Assembly (NCBI GenBank): GCA_947591785.1
Contig: CANQDK010000002.1
Location: 2,510-66,509 of the forward strand
Length of the DNA: 64,000 bases
Origin: an uncultured Clostridia bacterium
Lineage (GTDB): Bacteria > Bacillota > Clostridia > Christensenellales > UBA1242
Reading direction: 5' to 3'
Shown: positions 37,532 through 46,415 of the stretch, one piece after another
Position numbering within the stretch: position 1 is the first letter of the stretch
Layout: every line of letters begins with the position of its first letter
The notes under the pieces: model-generated
Database searches by the model: none
What the model was told of the DNA's origin: nothing
Seen by the model: the letters and a program-made list of their open reading frames with translations, nothing else
Position numbers and translations under genes: made by a program

Positions 37532-37699
37532 ATGAGTCAAACAGATGAAGATTTAGTATTATTTGCAACATCAATAGCAATGGAACTTGCAAGAGGTTTG
37601 GAAATGCAAGAAATTGAAGAACTGCGAAATCTCATTAATCAAATTTCTTGTTCACTAACAACTCTTATAAATTGCCGTTTTAAACATATAAAGAAATAA
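37532..37699 (+). CDS. Small helical protein, 55 aa, DUF6774-like (missed by the ORF track)
   Basis: MSQTDEDLVLFATSIAMELARGLEMQEIEELRNLINQISCSLTTLINCRFKHIKK*; a coding-like island in AT-rich DNA that resembles small clostridial DUF6774 proteins (from memory). Confidence 0.6.
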   Translation: MSQTDEDLVLFATSIAMELARGLEMQEIEELRNLINQISCSLTTLINCRFKHIKK

Positions 37700-37916
37700 A
37701 GATTATCTTTCAAAGAAAATAATATTGCGATGTTTTTCTATAAAAAATTTTTATTTTAATCTTATGTAATTTTAAAATCCATAAATCAAAAAAACAAAAT
37801 TAAGGAACATTATACAAAAAATTCATTTAAAAAGAAAAAATACAAAAAAAATAAGAAAAATTGTAAAAAAACATCAAATTTTCTTATTTTTTCAAAGATT
37901 TTTCAATTTTTAGCAT

Positions 37917-38360
37917 TTACAAATTTTCAACTGTAACAACAAATTTTGCAGTTATTTCTGGATAAATTCTTGCCAAAACATTATAATTTCCAACAGCTTT
38001 TATTGGCTCTTTAATTTCGATTTTCTTTTTGTCCAATTTGATTCCAATCTTTTCAAAAGCATCTGCAATTTCCTTTGCAGTCACAGAGCCAAAAGTTTTC
38101 CCATTTTCTCCGCATTTAATTTTCAACAAGATGTTTTGCCCCTCAATTTGTTTTGCAACTCGTTTTGCTTCCAAAATTTCTTGTTGCTTATGATATGCCT
38201 GAGCATCTTTTTGTATTTTATTTTCACTCAAAGCGGAACTGTCTGCAATGCGAACATATCCATTTTTTATTAAAAAGTTTTTTGCATAACCATCTGCAAC
38301 CTCTTTTATTTCTCCTTTCTTGCCCGTTCCCTTAACATCTCTCAACAGAACAACTTTCAT
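37917..38360 (-). CDS. rplI: 50S ribosomal protein L9
   Basis: [30 protein letters not shown] and GKTFGSVT. Confidence 0.97.
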   Translation of the reverse strand: MKVVLLRDVKGTGKKGEIKEVADGYAKNFLIKNGYVRIADSSALSENKIQKDAQAYHKQQEILEAKRVAKQIEGQNILLKIKCGENGKTFGSVTAKEIADAFEKIGIKLDKKKIEIKEPIKAVGNYNVLARIYPEITAKFVVTVENL

Positions 38361-38476
38361 TTTCTATGCTCCTTTTGATAAAATATTTAATTTATAATAA
38401 ATTTATCATATTATGTTTGTTTTGTCAAGAAAAGGAAAAAATATATGGAGCATAAGAGAGTATTTTTGGAGGTTTT

Positions 38477-38788
38477 ATGGATATTCGTTGTAGAAAAACA
38501 AGTTGCAGATATAATGATAAATATACCTGCAAAGCAAAAGAAATTCAAGTTAGGCAAAATGCTGAATGTGGAAAATATGAAAAAGGAAACAAACCGCCAG
38601 TTGATAAAACAAAATGGATTTTCACAGACACTCCCCCTGAATATGCACCTCAACGCGACAGTGCAACGATAGAAATTGGATGCAATGCACACTGCCTTTT
38701 CAATCAAGACGGAAAATGCGTTGCAAACGGAATCACTTTAAATGACTTAAAAGAAAAACCATTTTGTGTTACATTTCTTAAAAAATAA
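38477..38788 (+). CDS. Cys-rich protein with two DUF1540-like repeats
   Basis: CRKTSCRYNDKYTCKAKEIQV...C and CNAHCLFNQDGKCVANGI...CVTF; GGAGG RBS. Confidence 0.75.
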   Translation: MDIRCRKTSCRYNDKYTCKAKEIQVRQNAECGKYEKGNKPPVDKTKWIFTDTPPEYAPQRDSATIEIGCNAHCLFNQDGKCVANGITLNDLKEKPFCVTFLKK

Positions 38789-38937
38789 AAAATATTAAGT
38801 TTTATAAAATTATAAATTTTAAATGTATCAAAATCTAGATAAAAAAATTCAAATAATATAAATTTGGATAATATAAATTTAAATAATAAAGATAAAAAAT
38901 TAGAAAATAAAAATCTCATAAATTTTAACAAAAAATT

Positions 38938-38966
38938 AACATTTTAAATATCCTCTTCATATTTTA
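38938..38966 (+). promoter_or_regulatory. Putative sigmaK (mother-cell) promoter
   Basis: AACA-16 bp-CATATTTTA matches mACm-N16-CATAnnnTA. Confidence 0.5.
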
Positions 38967-38995
38967 TTAATGTATGGACTTTAAGGAGGTTTAAA

Positions 38996-39667
38996 ATGTC
39001 ATTTTATATCAACAACACAAATCCCAACAGACCTGGACCAATATGTGGGAATGTGACAAGTGGAATATGTGAAAAAATTTTAATTCAAACAACAAAAGTT
39101 TTTGATGCATGTGTTTGTTCCAGCACAGAAACTGGCATTATTTTAACTGGAACAGACTTCTTCCCAGCTGACCCTGTGCAACCACTTACATACGTGTCTG
39201 CCGAAAACACACAAGGTTCAGTTGCAACAATAAGCGATGTTGTGGTTGACAGATTAGAAAGTTGTCCAAATTATGCAAATGTTTCTTTCACACTCAGCAT
39301 TCCAATTACAATAACATACAGTGATGCAAATGGAACACTTGGCTCCGCTTTGTCAACTCTCATTGTCAACAAATCAGTAATTTTGTTTGTTCCACAGCCA
39401 GCACTTTCTCCAGTTGATATTGTTGCCACAGGTTTATTCTCAAGCAGAATAGGCACTTTCACAGCACCAAATGTATTCACCGTTACAGGTTGCATACAGG
39501 TTATCGTCAAAGTTGTCAGCACAGTTGATGTTCTTGTTCCATCTTATGGCTATCCAGTTTTGCCACCATGTAAACAAGCACCACAACAAAGTGCATGTCC
39601 AGGACTGTCCAACTTGCCAATATACCCAACCGCAACAGCAATAAACAGCAGTATTCCACAAGTATAG
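38996..39667 (+). CDS. CsxA-like Cys/Pro-rich spore coat or exosporium protein
   Basis: RPG...IQTTKVFDAC and IVKV...VLVPSYGY..LPPC...LPIYP resemble the termini of clostridial CsxA-type proteins; AAGGAGG RBS. Confidence 0.65.
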   Translation: MSFYINNTNPNRPGPICGNVTSGICEKILIQTTKVFDACVCSSTETGIILTGTDFFPADPVQPLTYVSAENTQGSVATISDVVVDRLESCPNYANVSFTLSIPITITYSDANGTLGSALSTLIVNKSVILFVPQPALSPVDIVATGLFSSRIGTFTAPNVFTVTGCIQVIVKVVSTVDVLVPSYGYPVLPPCKQAPQQSACPGLSNLPIYPTATAINSSIPQV

Positions 39668-39715
39668 CAAAATTAATTTTATATTAAGACAAATTAAAAA
39701 AAACTAAAAAAATAA

Positions 39716-39744
39716 TAAAAAACCATATTTTTTATGGTTTTTTT
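39716..39744. terminator. Bidirectional terminator
   Basis: AAAAAACCATA-ttttt-TATGGTTTTTT between convergent genes. Confidence 0.65.
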
Positions 39745-39776
39745 ATTGATTTTTTATAAAATTTTTGTAATTTTTA

Positions 39777-40658
39777 TTATTTTAATAATTTATAAATACT
39801 TAAAAATTCTTCTAAAGAAAATGTTTCAGCTCTTCTTGATAATGTTTTTTCATCAAGTTTTTCCTTTAAAAATTCTTTTGGAAATTTTGATGAAAGATTA
39901 TTAAGTAGCGTTTTTCTTCTCATTGAAAAGCATCTCTTAACAAACTCAAAAAATTCTTTTTTTTCAATATCTTTATGAGAATTTTCAATTTTTATATGCA
40001 AAAGTGCACTGTCAACATTTGGAACTGGATAAAAATTTTGTCGTCCAATTATTCGTGTGATTTGTGGAGTCCCATGAAATTTTGTCATGACGGAAAGCAC
40101 GCCATAATCTTTACTTCCAACTTTTGCACAAACCCGCTCTGCAACTTCTTTTTGAACCATAATTGTCAATGACATTAAATTTTCACTTTCTTCCAACAAC
40201 TTAAATATAATTGGCGTTGTGATATAATATGGCAAATTTGCAACAACCTTGAAGCCATGGCTTTCACAAGATTTGCTTTTGTTTATTTTTTGTTCATTAT
40301 TTTTATTTTTTTGTTTTTCTTTTGTTTCTTTTTGAGAAAGGCAATCTTTTTCTTCTTTATCATCAAAAAGAGTTTGCTCCACTTCCATCATATCTACATT
40401 CATAAAATCTTGAAAAACAAATTGAACATTTTTTAAATTCATACCAAGCAAAACATCTTTTAAATCCTTATCAATTTCAAAAGACAAAACCCTTTTTGCT
40501 TGTTTTGACAATTCTTGCGTTAAACTTCCAGCACCTGCACCAATTTCCAAAACAAAGTCATCTTCATTTATGCCAGCATCGTTCACAATGGCTTTAAGAA
40601 GATTTTTGTCTGATATAAAATTTTGTCCAAATTTCTTTTTAAAAACAAATTCACTCAT
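39777..40658 (-). CDS. rsmA: 16S rRNA m6,2A dimethyltransferase RsmA/KsgA
   Basis: KKKFGQNF, VLEIGAG.G.LT, VANLPYYITTPI and MVQKEVAER; probable ATG at 40658. Confidence 0.96.
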   Translation of the reverse strand: MSEFVFKKKFGQNFISDKNLLKAIVNDAGINEDDFVLEIGAGAGSLTQELSKQAKRVLSFEIDKDLKDVLLGMNLKNVQFVFQDFMNVDMMEVEQTLFDDKEEKDCLSQKETKEKQKNKNNEQKINKSKSCESHGFKVVANLPYYITTPIIFKLLEESENLMSLTIMVQKEVAERVCAKVGSKDYGVLSVMTKFHGTPQITRIIGRQNFYPVPNVDSALLHIKIENSHKDIEKKEFFEFVKRCFSMRRKTLLNNLSSKFPKEFLKEKLDEKTLSRRAETFSLEEFLSIYKLLK

Positions 40659-40665
40659 AATTTTC

Positions 40666-41553
40666 TCATTTTTTAATTTTAATATCATAAAGTCTTTTTG
40701 TGTTTTTTGTTGTCTGTTCAACAACTTCTTCAATTGAAACATTTTTTATTTTTGCAATTTTATCAGCAATATAAATCAAATTTTTAGGTTCGTTTCTCTT
40801 TCCTCTGAAAGGTTCTGGGCTTAAATAAGGGCAATCCGTTTCCAACAAAATTTTTTCAATTGGTAAAAATTGAACAACCTCTTGAATATTTTTAGCATTC
40901 TTAAAAGTCACAACACCACCAAACGAAAATGAATATCCAAGCTTAATCAATTCTTTTGCACTTTCAACACTTCCACCATAGCAATGGAGTAAACTTTCCC
41001 TGTTTACAGGATTTTCTCTTATGATTTTAAGAGTGTCCCCCATGGCATCTCTGCTATGCACAACAATAGGCTTCTTTAGTTTGTTTGCAAGTTGGATTTG
41101 ATTTTTAAAGGCAAATTTTTGAAGTTCTTTAAAAAATTCAATTTCGACTTCATTATACTCATCAAAAAAGTGATAATCAAGTCCTATTTCTCCAATTGCA
41201 ACAACTTTTTTGTTCTCACAAATTTTTTCAATTTTTTTTAAGCATAATTCAAATTGATGGCACGTTCTTTCAAAAAATTTTTCTTTTGCTATTTCATCAT
41301 CTTCTTTCAAAATTTCTTTTAACTGAACTATATCACAAAAATCCGAAACAACATTTTCTGGATGTATGCCTGCCGTTGCAAAAATATTGGAATTTAAATT
41401 TGCAAGTTTTAAAGCTTCCTGCGAAGATTCCAAATCAAAACCTGCAGAAATAACACCTTCAACATTATTGGTTTCAAAATTCTTTATGATTTCCGCCAAA
41501 TCATCTTTATATTTTTCGTCTGTTAGGTGTGCATGTGCATCAAATAGTTTCAT
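40666..41553 (-). CDS. tatD: TatD-family hydrolase
   Basis: DAHAHL, GIHP, AIGEIGLDY, HSRDA and LETDCPYLSPEP.RG.RNEP. Confidence 0.95.
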   Translation of the reverse strand: MKLFDAHAHLTDEKYKDDLAEIIKNFETNNVEGVISAGFDLESSQEALKLANLNSNIFATAGIHPENVVSDFCDIVQLKEILKEDDEIAKEKFFERTCHQFELCLKKIEKICENKKVVAIGEIGLDYHFFDEYNEVEIEFFKELQKFAFKNQIQLANKLKKPIVVHSRDAMGDTLKIIRENPVNRESLLHCYGGSVESAKELIKLGYSFSFGGVVTFKNAKNIQEVVQFLPIEKILLETDCPYLSPEPFRGKRNEPKNLIYIADKIAKIKNVSIEEVVEQTTKNTKRLYDIKIKK

Positions 41554-41729
41554 TTAATTTCTGTCCTTAAAATAAATTTATTTTAGTTTAACAAAAATTG
41601 CACTAAATGTCAAAGTTTTAATTTGCCATTCAATATTTTTATTATTTTTCAAATAAAAATTTGAATAATTTACATGATTTTTTTTAACATTTGCTCTTTT
41701 TTCGACTTTTTTCGCATACATATATTGAT

Positions 41730-42320
41730 ATGAACTCTTTTTGGATTATTATGATGCTTTCAAGCATTCTTGTTTTGCTAATCACAAACCCCGGTGCCGT
41801 CTTATCAGAAATGGTTTCCGCATCAACAAGTGCATTAAGTTTATGTATTGAATTATGTGCAGTGTATGCTGTTTGGCTTGGAATTATCGAACTTGTTGAT
41901 GCTAGCGGACTTGGACAAAAGCTTGCAAAACTGCTTAGGCCATTAATAAAAAAAATTTTCCGTGTTGAAAATCCAGAAACACAACGACTGATTGCTTTAA
42001 ATATTTCCGCAAACATGCTTGGGCTTGGAAACGCAGCAACTCCAATGGGTATAAAATCCATGCAAGCACTTGATGATGGAAGTGGAAAAGCAAATTTTGC
42101 AATGATAATGCTTATTGTCATAAACGCAACTTCCATTCAACTTCTTCCAACAACCGTGATTGGTTTACGGACAAGTGCAGGTTCAAATAATCCAGCAGAT
42201 ATAATTTTGCCAACTCTCATTGTCACATTTTGCACCACAATATTAGGGATAACTTTAGTTTGCTTAGTGGATAAAATCATAAAAATAATAAAAAAACGAC
42301 AAAAAAGTCGAAAAATTTAA
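41730..42320 (+). CDS. spmA: Spore maturation protein A
   Basis: WLGI, ANMLGLGNAATPMGIK and INATSIQLLPTT; probable ATG at 41730. Confidence 0.92.
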   Translation: MNSFWIIMMLSSILVLLITNPGAVLSEMVSASTSALSLCIELCAVYAVWLGIIELVDASGLGQKLAKLLRPLIKKIFRVENPETQRLIALNISANMLGLGNAATPMGIKSMQALDDGSGKANFAMIMLIVINATSIQLLPTTVIGLRTSAGSNNPADIILPTLIVTFCTTILGITLVCLVDKIIKIIKKRQKSRKI

Positions 42321-42396
42321 TATTTTTTCTAGAATTTATCAATTTTTTTAAAAATTTTATATTTACCACTTTAAAATTTAATATTAAGGATTTTCT

Positions 42397-42903
42397 ATGA
42401 GTGAATATATCCTTCCAATAATTTTTATTTTCCTTTTCATTTATTGTTTGTTTAAACGCATTAACACATACGACTATTTTGTTAAAGGTGCAAAAGGAGC
42501 AATTAAACTTGTTGTTGAAATTTTCCCATTCATCGCATCAATTCTTATTGCTGTTGCTCTTTTGCGTGTCAGCGGAATCACCGATTTTCTCGCCTCACTT
42601 CTTAGCCCTATTTTCAACGCATTAGGAATTCCAACCGAACTTGTCGAACTTGTGCTTTTAAGGCCTTTTACGGGAAGTGGAAGTTATGGCATATTGGAAG
42701 GAATCTTTTCAACCTATGGAGCGGACAGTTACATCTCTCGATGTGCGTGTGTGATTATGGGATGTAGCGAAACAATTTTCTATGTTGCAACAATTTATAT
42801 TTCCCAAACAAAAGTGAAAAAACTTTTGTATGCAATTCCAGTTGCACTTGTATGCAGTTTGATTGGAACAATTTTGGCTTGTCTTTTTTGCAAAATTATG
42901 TAG
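42397..42903 (+). CDS. spmB: Spore maturation protein B
   Basis: YDYFVKGAK, LLRPFTGSGS, GADS and SETIFYV; follows spmA. Confidence 0.92.
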   Translation: MSEYILPIIFIFLFIYCLFKRINTYDYFVKGAKGAIKLVVEIFPFIASILIAVALLRVSGITDFLASLLSPIFNALGIPTELVELVLLRPFTGSGSYGILEGIFSTYGADSYISRCACVIMGCSETIFYVATIYISQTKVKKLLYAIPVALVCSLIGTILACLFCKIM

Positions 42904-42947
42904 AAACAAAATTTAATTTTTAAAGCGACTTTTTAATTTTTAAAAAA

Positions 42948-43706
42948 TTAAATAAAATATTTTGTGTGTAATGTTGCAATATAGTCACCATTTTCTTCAT
43001 TTGTGATAAGATTAGGATAAACCTTCACACCATTTTTTGCTCCCTTAACACATTTTACAACAACAAGTTTTACCCTCCCTTTTCCATTCTCAGTGAAAAA
43101 CATTTCTTTCACAGTCAAACCATTATTTTGACAACAAGAAATTAATTCGGCCGAACGCTCTGCAATATGACAACAATAAAAAACCCCTTTATCTTTCAAT
43201 AACGCAAAAGAAATCTTTACCAAATCTTCCAGAGAAAGACTAACTTCCTCTTTTGCAATTTTGCTTACCTCATTTTGAACAAAATTTGTCGTTTTAAAAT
43301 AGGGAGGATTGGAAAATACAACTTCAAATTTTCCTTTTTCAATATATTTATCAAAATTTTTAACATCGTCAGCAATAATTTCAATTTTTTCTTGCAAATT
43401 GTTTATTTCAACATTCTTTCTTGCTAAATCTGCCATTTGTTTTTGTATTTCAAAAGCAAAAATTTTTTTTATAGGATTTTTTGCTTGAACAAGAATAGAA
43501 ATAACTCCACTTCCAGCACCAATTTCAACAGCAGAATCATTTGTATGAGTGCGAATAAAATTAGCCAAAACAACACTATCACTTGTGAAAGTGTAAAGAT
43601 TTTTGTTTTGTAAGATTTTTAAATTCTTGCATTGCAAATCTTCCAATCTTAAATCTTCATTTTCACGCAAAAATTGTGTTAATTTTTCATCGTTATCTTT
43701 GAACAT
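42948..43706 (-). CDS. YabB/TrmN6-family tRNA N6-adenine methyltransferase
   Basis: IIQ/ILQ..Y.F..DSVVLA, EIGAGSG and SNPPYF; follows yaaT. Confidence 0.88.
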   Translation of the reverse strand: MFKDNDEKLTQFLRENEDLRLEDLQCKNLKILQNKNLYTFTSDSVVLANFIRTHTNDSAVEIGAGSGVISILVQAKNPIKKIFAFEIQKQMADLARKNVEINNLQEKIEIIADDVKNFDKYIEKGKFEVVFSNPPYFKTTNFVQNEVSKIAKEEVSLSLEDLVKISFALLKDKGVFYCCHIAERSAELISCCQNNGLTVKEMFFTENGKGRVKLVVVKCVKGAKNGVKVYPNLITNEENGDYIATLHTKYFI

Positions 43707-44523
43707 TTCCTTCCTTCTTCAACTTTATTTCTTCCAAAGGATAAGTTTTTATTTCGATGTCCTCACCACGAACATATTTGACATCAACATTTCTATTCAG
43801 TAAATCATTATAAACCACAGTCCCTTGTCCATCTTTTGTGCTAACATTTGCTCCAATTTTTGGCATTATTTGCAAACTTTCTTGATAAGTTGGATTTTCA
43901 TAAGCAATACAACACATCAACTTCCCACAAAGCCCAGAAATACTGTTTGGATTTAAAGATAAATTTTGATTTTTTGCCATTTTCATGGACACATGATCAA
44001 ATTCTCCCATATTTTGAACACAACAACAAACTTTTCCACATGGGCCAAAGCCTCCCAGCATTCTCACTTCATCTCGGCTTCCAATTTGTCGAAGTTCAAC
44101 TCGTTTTTTTAAAGTTTCCGCCAATTTTTTAACTAATTCACGGAAATCAACACGTGTTTCTGCTGTGAAATTTACAATATATTTACTATTATCAAAACTT
44201 GCCTCAACTTGAACAACTTTCATATCAAGCCCAAATTCTTTCACAATGTTTCTTACAGTTGGAAGAAATTTCTTCGCTTCCAAATCATATTTTTCCGCTT
44301 TTTCAACCATATCCTTGGTTGCTTTCTGCAGAACATTTTTAAGCGGAGAAACAAGTTCGCTTGCATCAATTGTTTCTTTCTCTTTAACAATAACTCCAAG
44401 TTCTGTGCCTTTGTCAGTTTCAACTATAACATAATCCCCATTATGAACTTCAATTCCATTAGGAGAAAAAGAATAGACATGATTTCCATTCTTGAACTTC
44501 ACTCCAACTGTTTCTATTTGCAT
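43693..44523 (-). CDS. yaaT: Stage 0 sporulation protein YaaT/RicT (PSP1 domain)
   Basis: RVDFRELVK.LA, RQIG.RDE, GPCGK.CC and SGLCGKLMCC. Confidence 0.95.
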   Translation of the reverse strand: MQIETVGVKFKNGNHVYSFSPNGIEVHNGDYVIVETDKGTELGVIVKEKETIDASELVSPLKNVLQKATKDMVEKAEKYDLEAKKFLPTVRNIVKEFGLDMKVVQVEASFDNSKYIVNFTAETRVDFRELVKKLAETLKKRVELRQIGSRDEVRMLGGFGPCGKVCCCVQNMGEFDHVSMKMAKNQNLSLNPNSISGLCGKLMCCIAYENPTYQESLQIMPKIGANVSTKDGQGTVVYNDLLNRNVDVKYVRGEDIEIKTYPLEEIKLKKEGNVQR

Positions 44524-45467
44524 AAGTATTTTACCTCCAATATTTTTAGCAGAAAATTATCTATTGAAATTGTAAGATTCGCATTAAATTCAATTTTTTT
44601 TCTTAAATCTGTGATTAAATTAAAAATTCCGCAAAGGGCTCTCACTGAAAACTCTGCTTCAACATTTTTTAAGTCGACAATATAATCTTGTAATTTGCAT
44701 AGATTTTCGCTATCGCACTTGATTTTTACAATATCTTCAATCGCCAGTGCAAGAACCTGCAAAATCAAATCCTTTTCACTTTGATATTCTAAGAATTTTT
44801 TTGAAAATCTTAAAACTTGTTTACTGTTCTTCATTTCAGTGAACAAAGAAATTGCAAAATTTGATAAATTCTTTAACTCATCCTTTTGTGCATACTCCAA
44901 AGTTTTACCAATATAACCTCTTCCAAGAACATTTGCAAGTTCATCTGTTGAAATTTTTCTTATCTCTTCAATAGGTAATGGATTTATCTTTATCTTCTCA
45001 CATCTTGAGCGTATAGTTGGCAAAACTCTATCTTGAGAACTGGAACTTATTAGAAAATAAACATTTTGAGGTGGTTCTTCTATAACTTTTAACAGTTTGT
45101 TTTGTGCCTCTTCAGTTGCAACATCAAAATCAAAAAGCAGAAAAATTTTATTTGGTAGATTTACAGGCTTAACAAAAACCTCTGTCACAATTTCTCCAGC
45201 ATCTGCAACAAGAATTTTATCGCCTTTTGGAAAAACTTTTATATCCAAATCAACTCCACTTTTGACACGCACATATTCGTCACTTTTTTCATTCATTAAA
45301 TCGAAAGTTGGATATTCAAGCATTAAGGCTGTCAAAATTAAAACCGCTCTTGCTGTCACTTCATCTTCACAGAAAAATAAAGTGGCATTTGGAAAAATAC
45401 CCTTTTCTTTCTTTCTTACAAGTTCCTGAAAAAAATCTTGATTTTTTAAAATTTCTGTCAAATTCAT
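44514..45467 (-). CDS. holB: DNA polymerase III delta-prime subunit (divergent)
   Basis: AQNKLLKVIEEPP and LPTIRSRC; upstream of yaaT. Confidence 0.88.
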   Translation of the reverse strand: MNLTEILKNQDFFQELVRKKEKGIFPNATLFFCEDEVTARAVLILTALMLEYPTFDLMNEKSDEYVRVKSGVDLDIKVFPKGDKILVADAGEIVTEVFVKPVNLPNKIFLLFDFDVATEEAQNKLLKVIEEPPQNVYFLISSSSQDRVLPTIRSRCEKIKINPLPIEEIRKISTDELANVLGRGYIGKTLEYAQKDELKNLSNFAISLFTEMKNSKQVLRFSKKFLEYQSEKDLILQVLALAIEDIVKIKCDSENLCKLQDYIVDLKNVEAEFSVRALCGIFNLITDLRKKIEFNANLTISIDNFLLKILEVKYLCK

Positions 45468-45666
45468 AGTTTAATTATATCACAATAAGTATTAAAAAAC
45501 AAGAATAAAAACCACCAATTTCGCCCACCACTTAAATTTTGCAATAAAAAACTTCCACACAAAATGGAAGTTTCTTGTTATTTATTCCAAATAGTCGCTT
45601 TGTTAAAAAGTTTCGTCATTACAATCAAGATTTTTAATTTTTATAAAGTATTAGAGAATTATTTGT

Positions 45667-46230
45667 TCACAATTTTTGTATTGCATTATGCAATTCACCT
45701 GAAACAGTTTTAAAATCTTCTTCAGCTTGGTTTTTCTTATTGTCACAATATATGCTTGTCCCAAGAGCCACAAGTCCAGTTGTTGCAGCAGCCCCAAAAA
45801 TCGAAAACGCACTTACGTCAAGTGCAAAATCTTGAGCCAAGTGAGTTTGATATCTCACCTTAGTCTCTTCTGGTGCATAGACGGTGTAATACTCTTCTTT
45901 GTATGTTTTGTCAGCCAATTCTTTCAATTTTGAAAATTCGCTTACGTCAATTTCTTTTGCATCAAGTTTGTCACTTATTTCTTGGTATTTTGTCGCAAGG
46001 TATGTGGAAAGTCCCTCTTCATTTTCTTTATCAATATTTTTCTTATCAACACATTCAAAAATTATATCACCTATTATAATCCCAAGAGAAACCACTGCAA
46101 GTCCCAATGCACCAACAACTGCTTTCAAAAAACCAGAGCCAATCTTTTCATACCTTTCATGTTTGTCAAGCAAAGTGTTTCTTTCACGACAAAGTTCTTC
46201 AATCGTCATTTCATCTAAATCTTTTTTCAT
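45667..46230 (-). CDS. Hypothetical membrane protein with two TM segments
   Basis: Two hydrophobic helices, a GAGGGGAG RBS and a TTGACA-17-TATAAT promoter upstream. Confidence 0.7.
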   Translation of the reverse strand: MKKDLDEMTIEELCRERNTLLDKHERYEKIGSGFLKAVVGALGLAVVSLGIIIGDIIFECVDKKNIDKENEEGLSTYLATKYQEISDKLDAKEIDVSEFSKLKELADKTYKEEYYTVYAPEETKVRYQTHLAQDFALDVSAFSIFGAAATTGLVALGTSIYCDNKKNQAEEDFKTVSGELHNAIQKL

Positions 46231-46415
46231 AAATAATTTTCTCCCCTCGTGTTGAGATTTTTTAATCTTTACATTGAAATTATATCATATTTCTCACCAA
46301 CTGTCAATACCCTATTTTTCACCCATAACAATAAAAAATGGCATTTTTTGATGTTTTTTTCTAAAAAATCACCTTTTTTTGCCACTTTTTTGAGTTTTTT
46401 AATTTTTAGTCAAAA

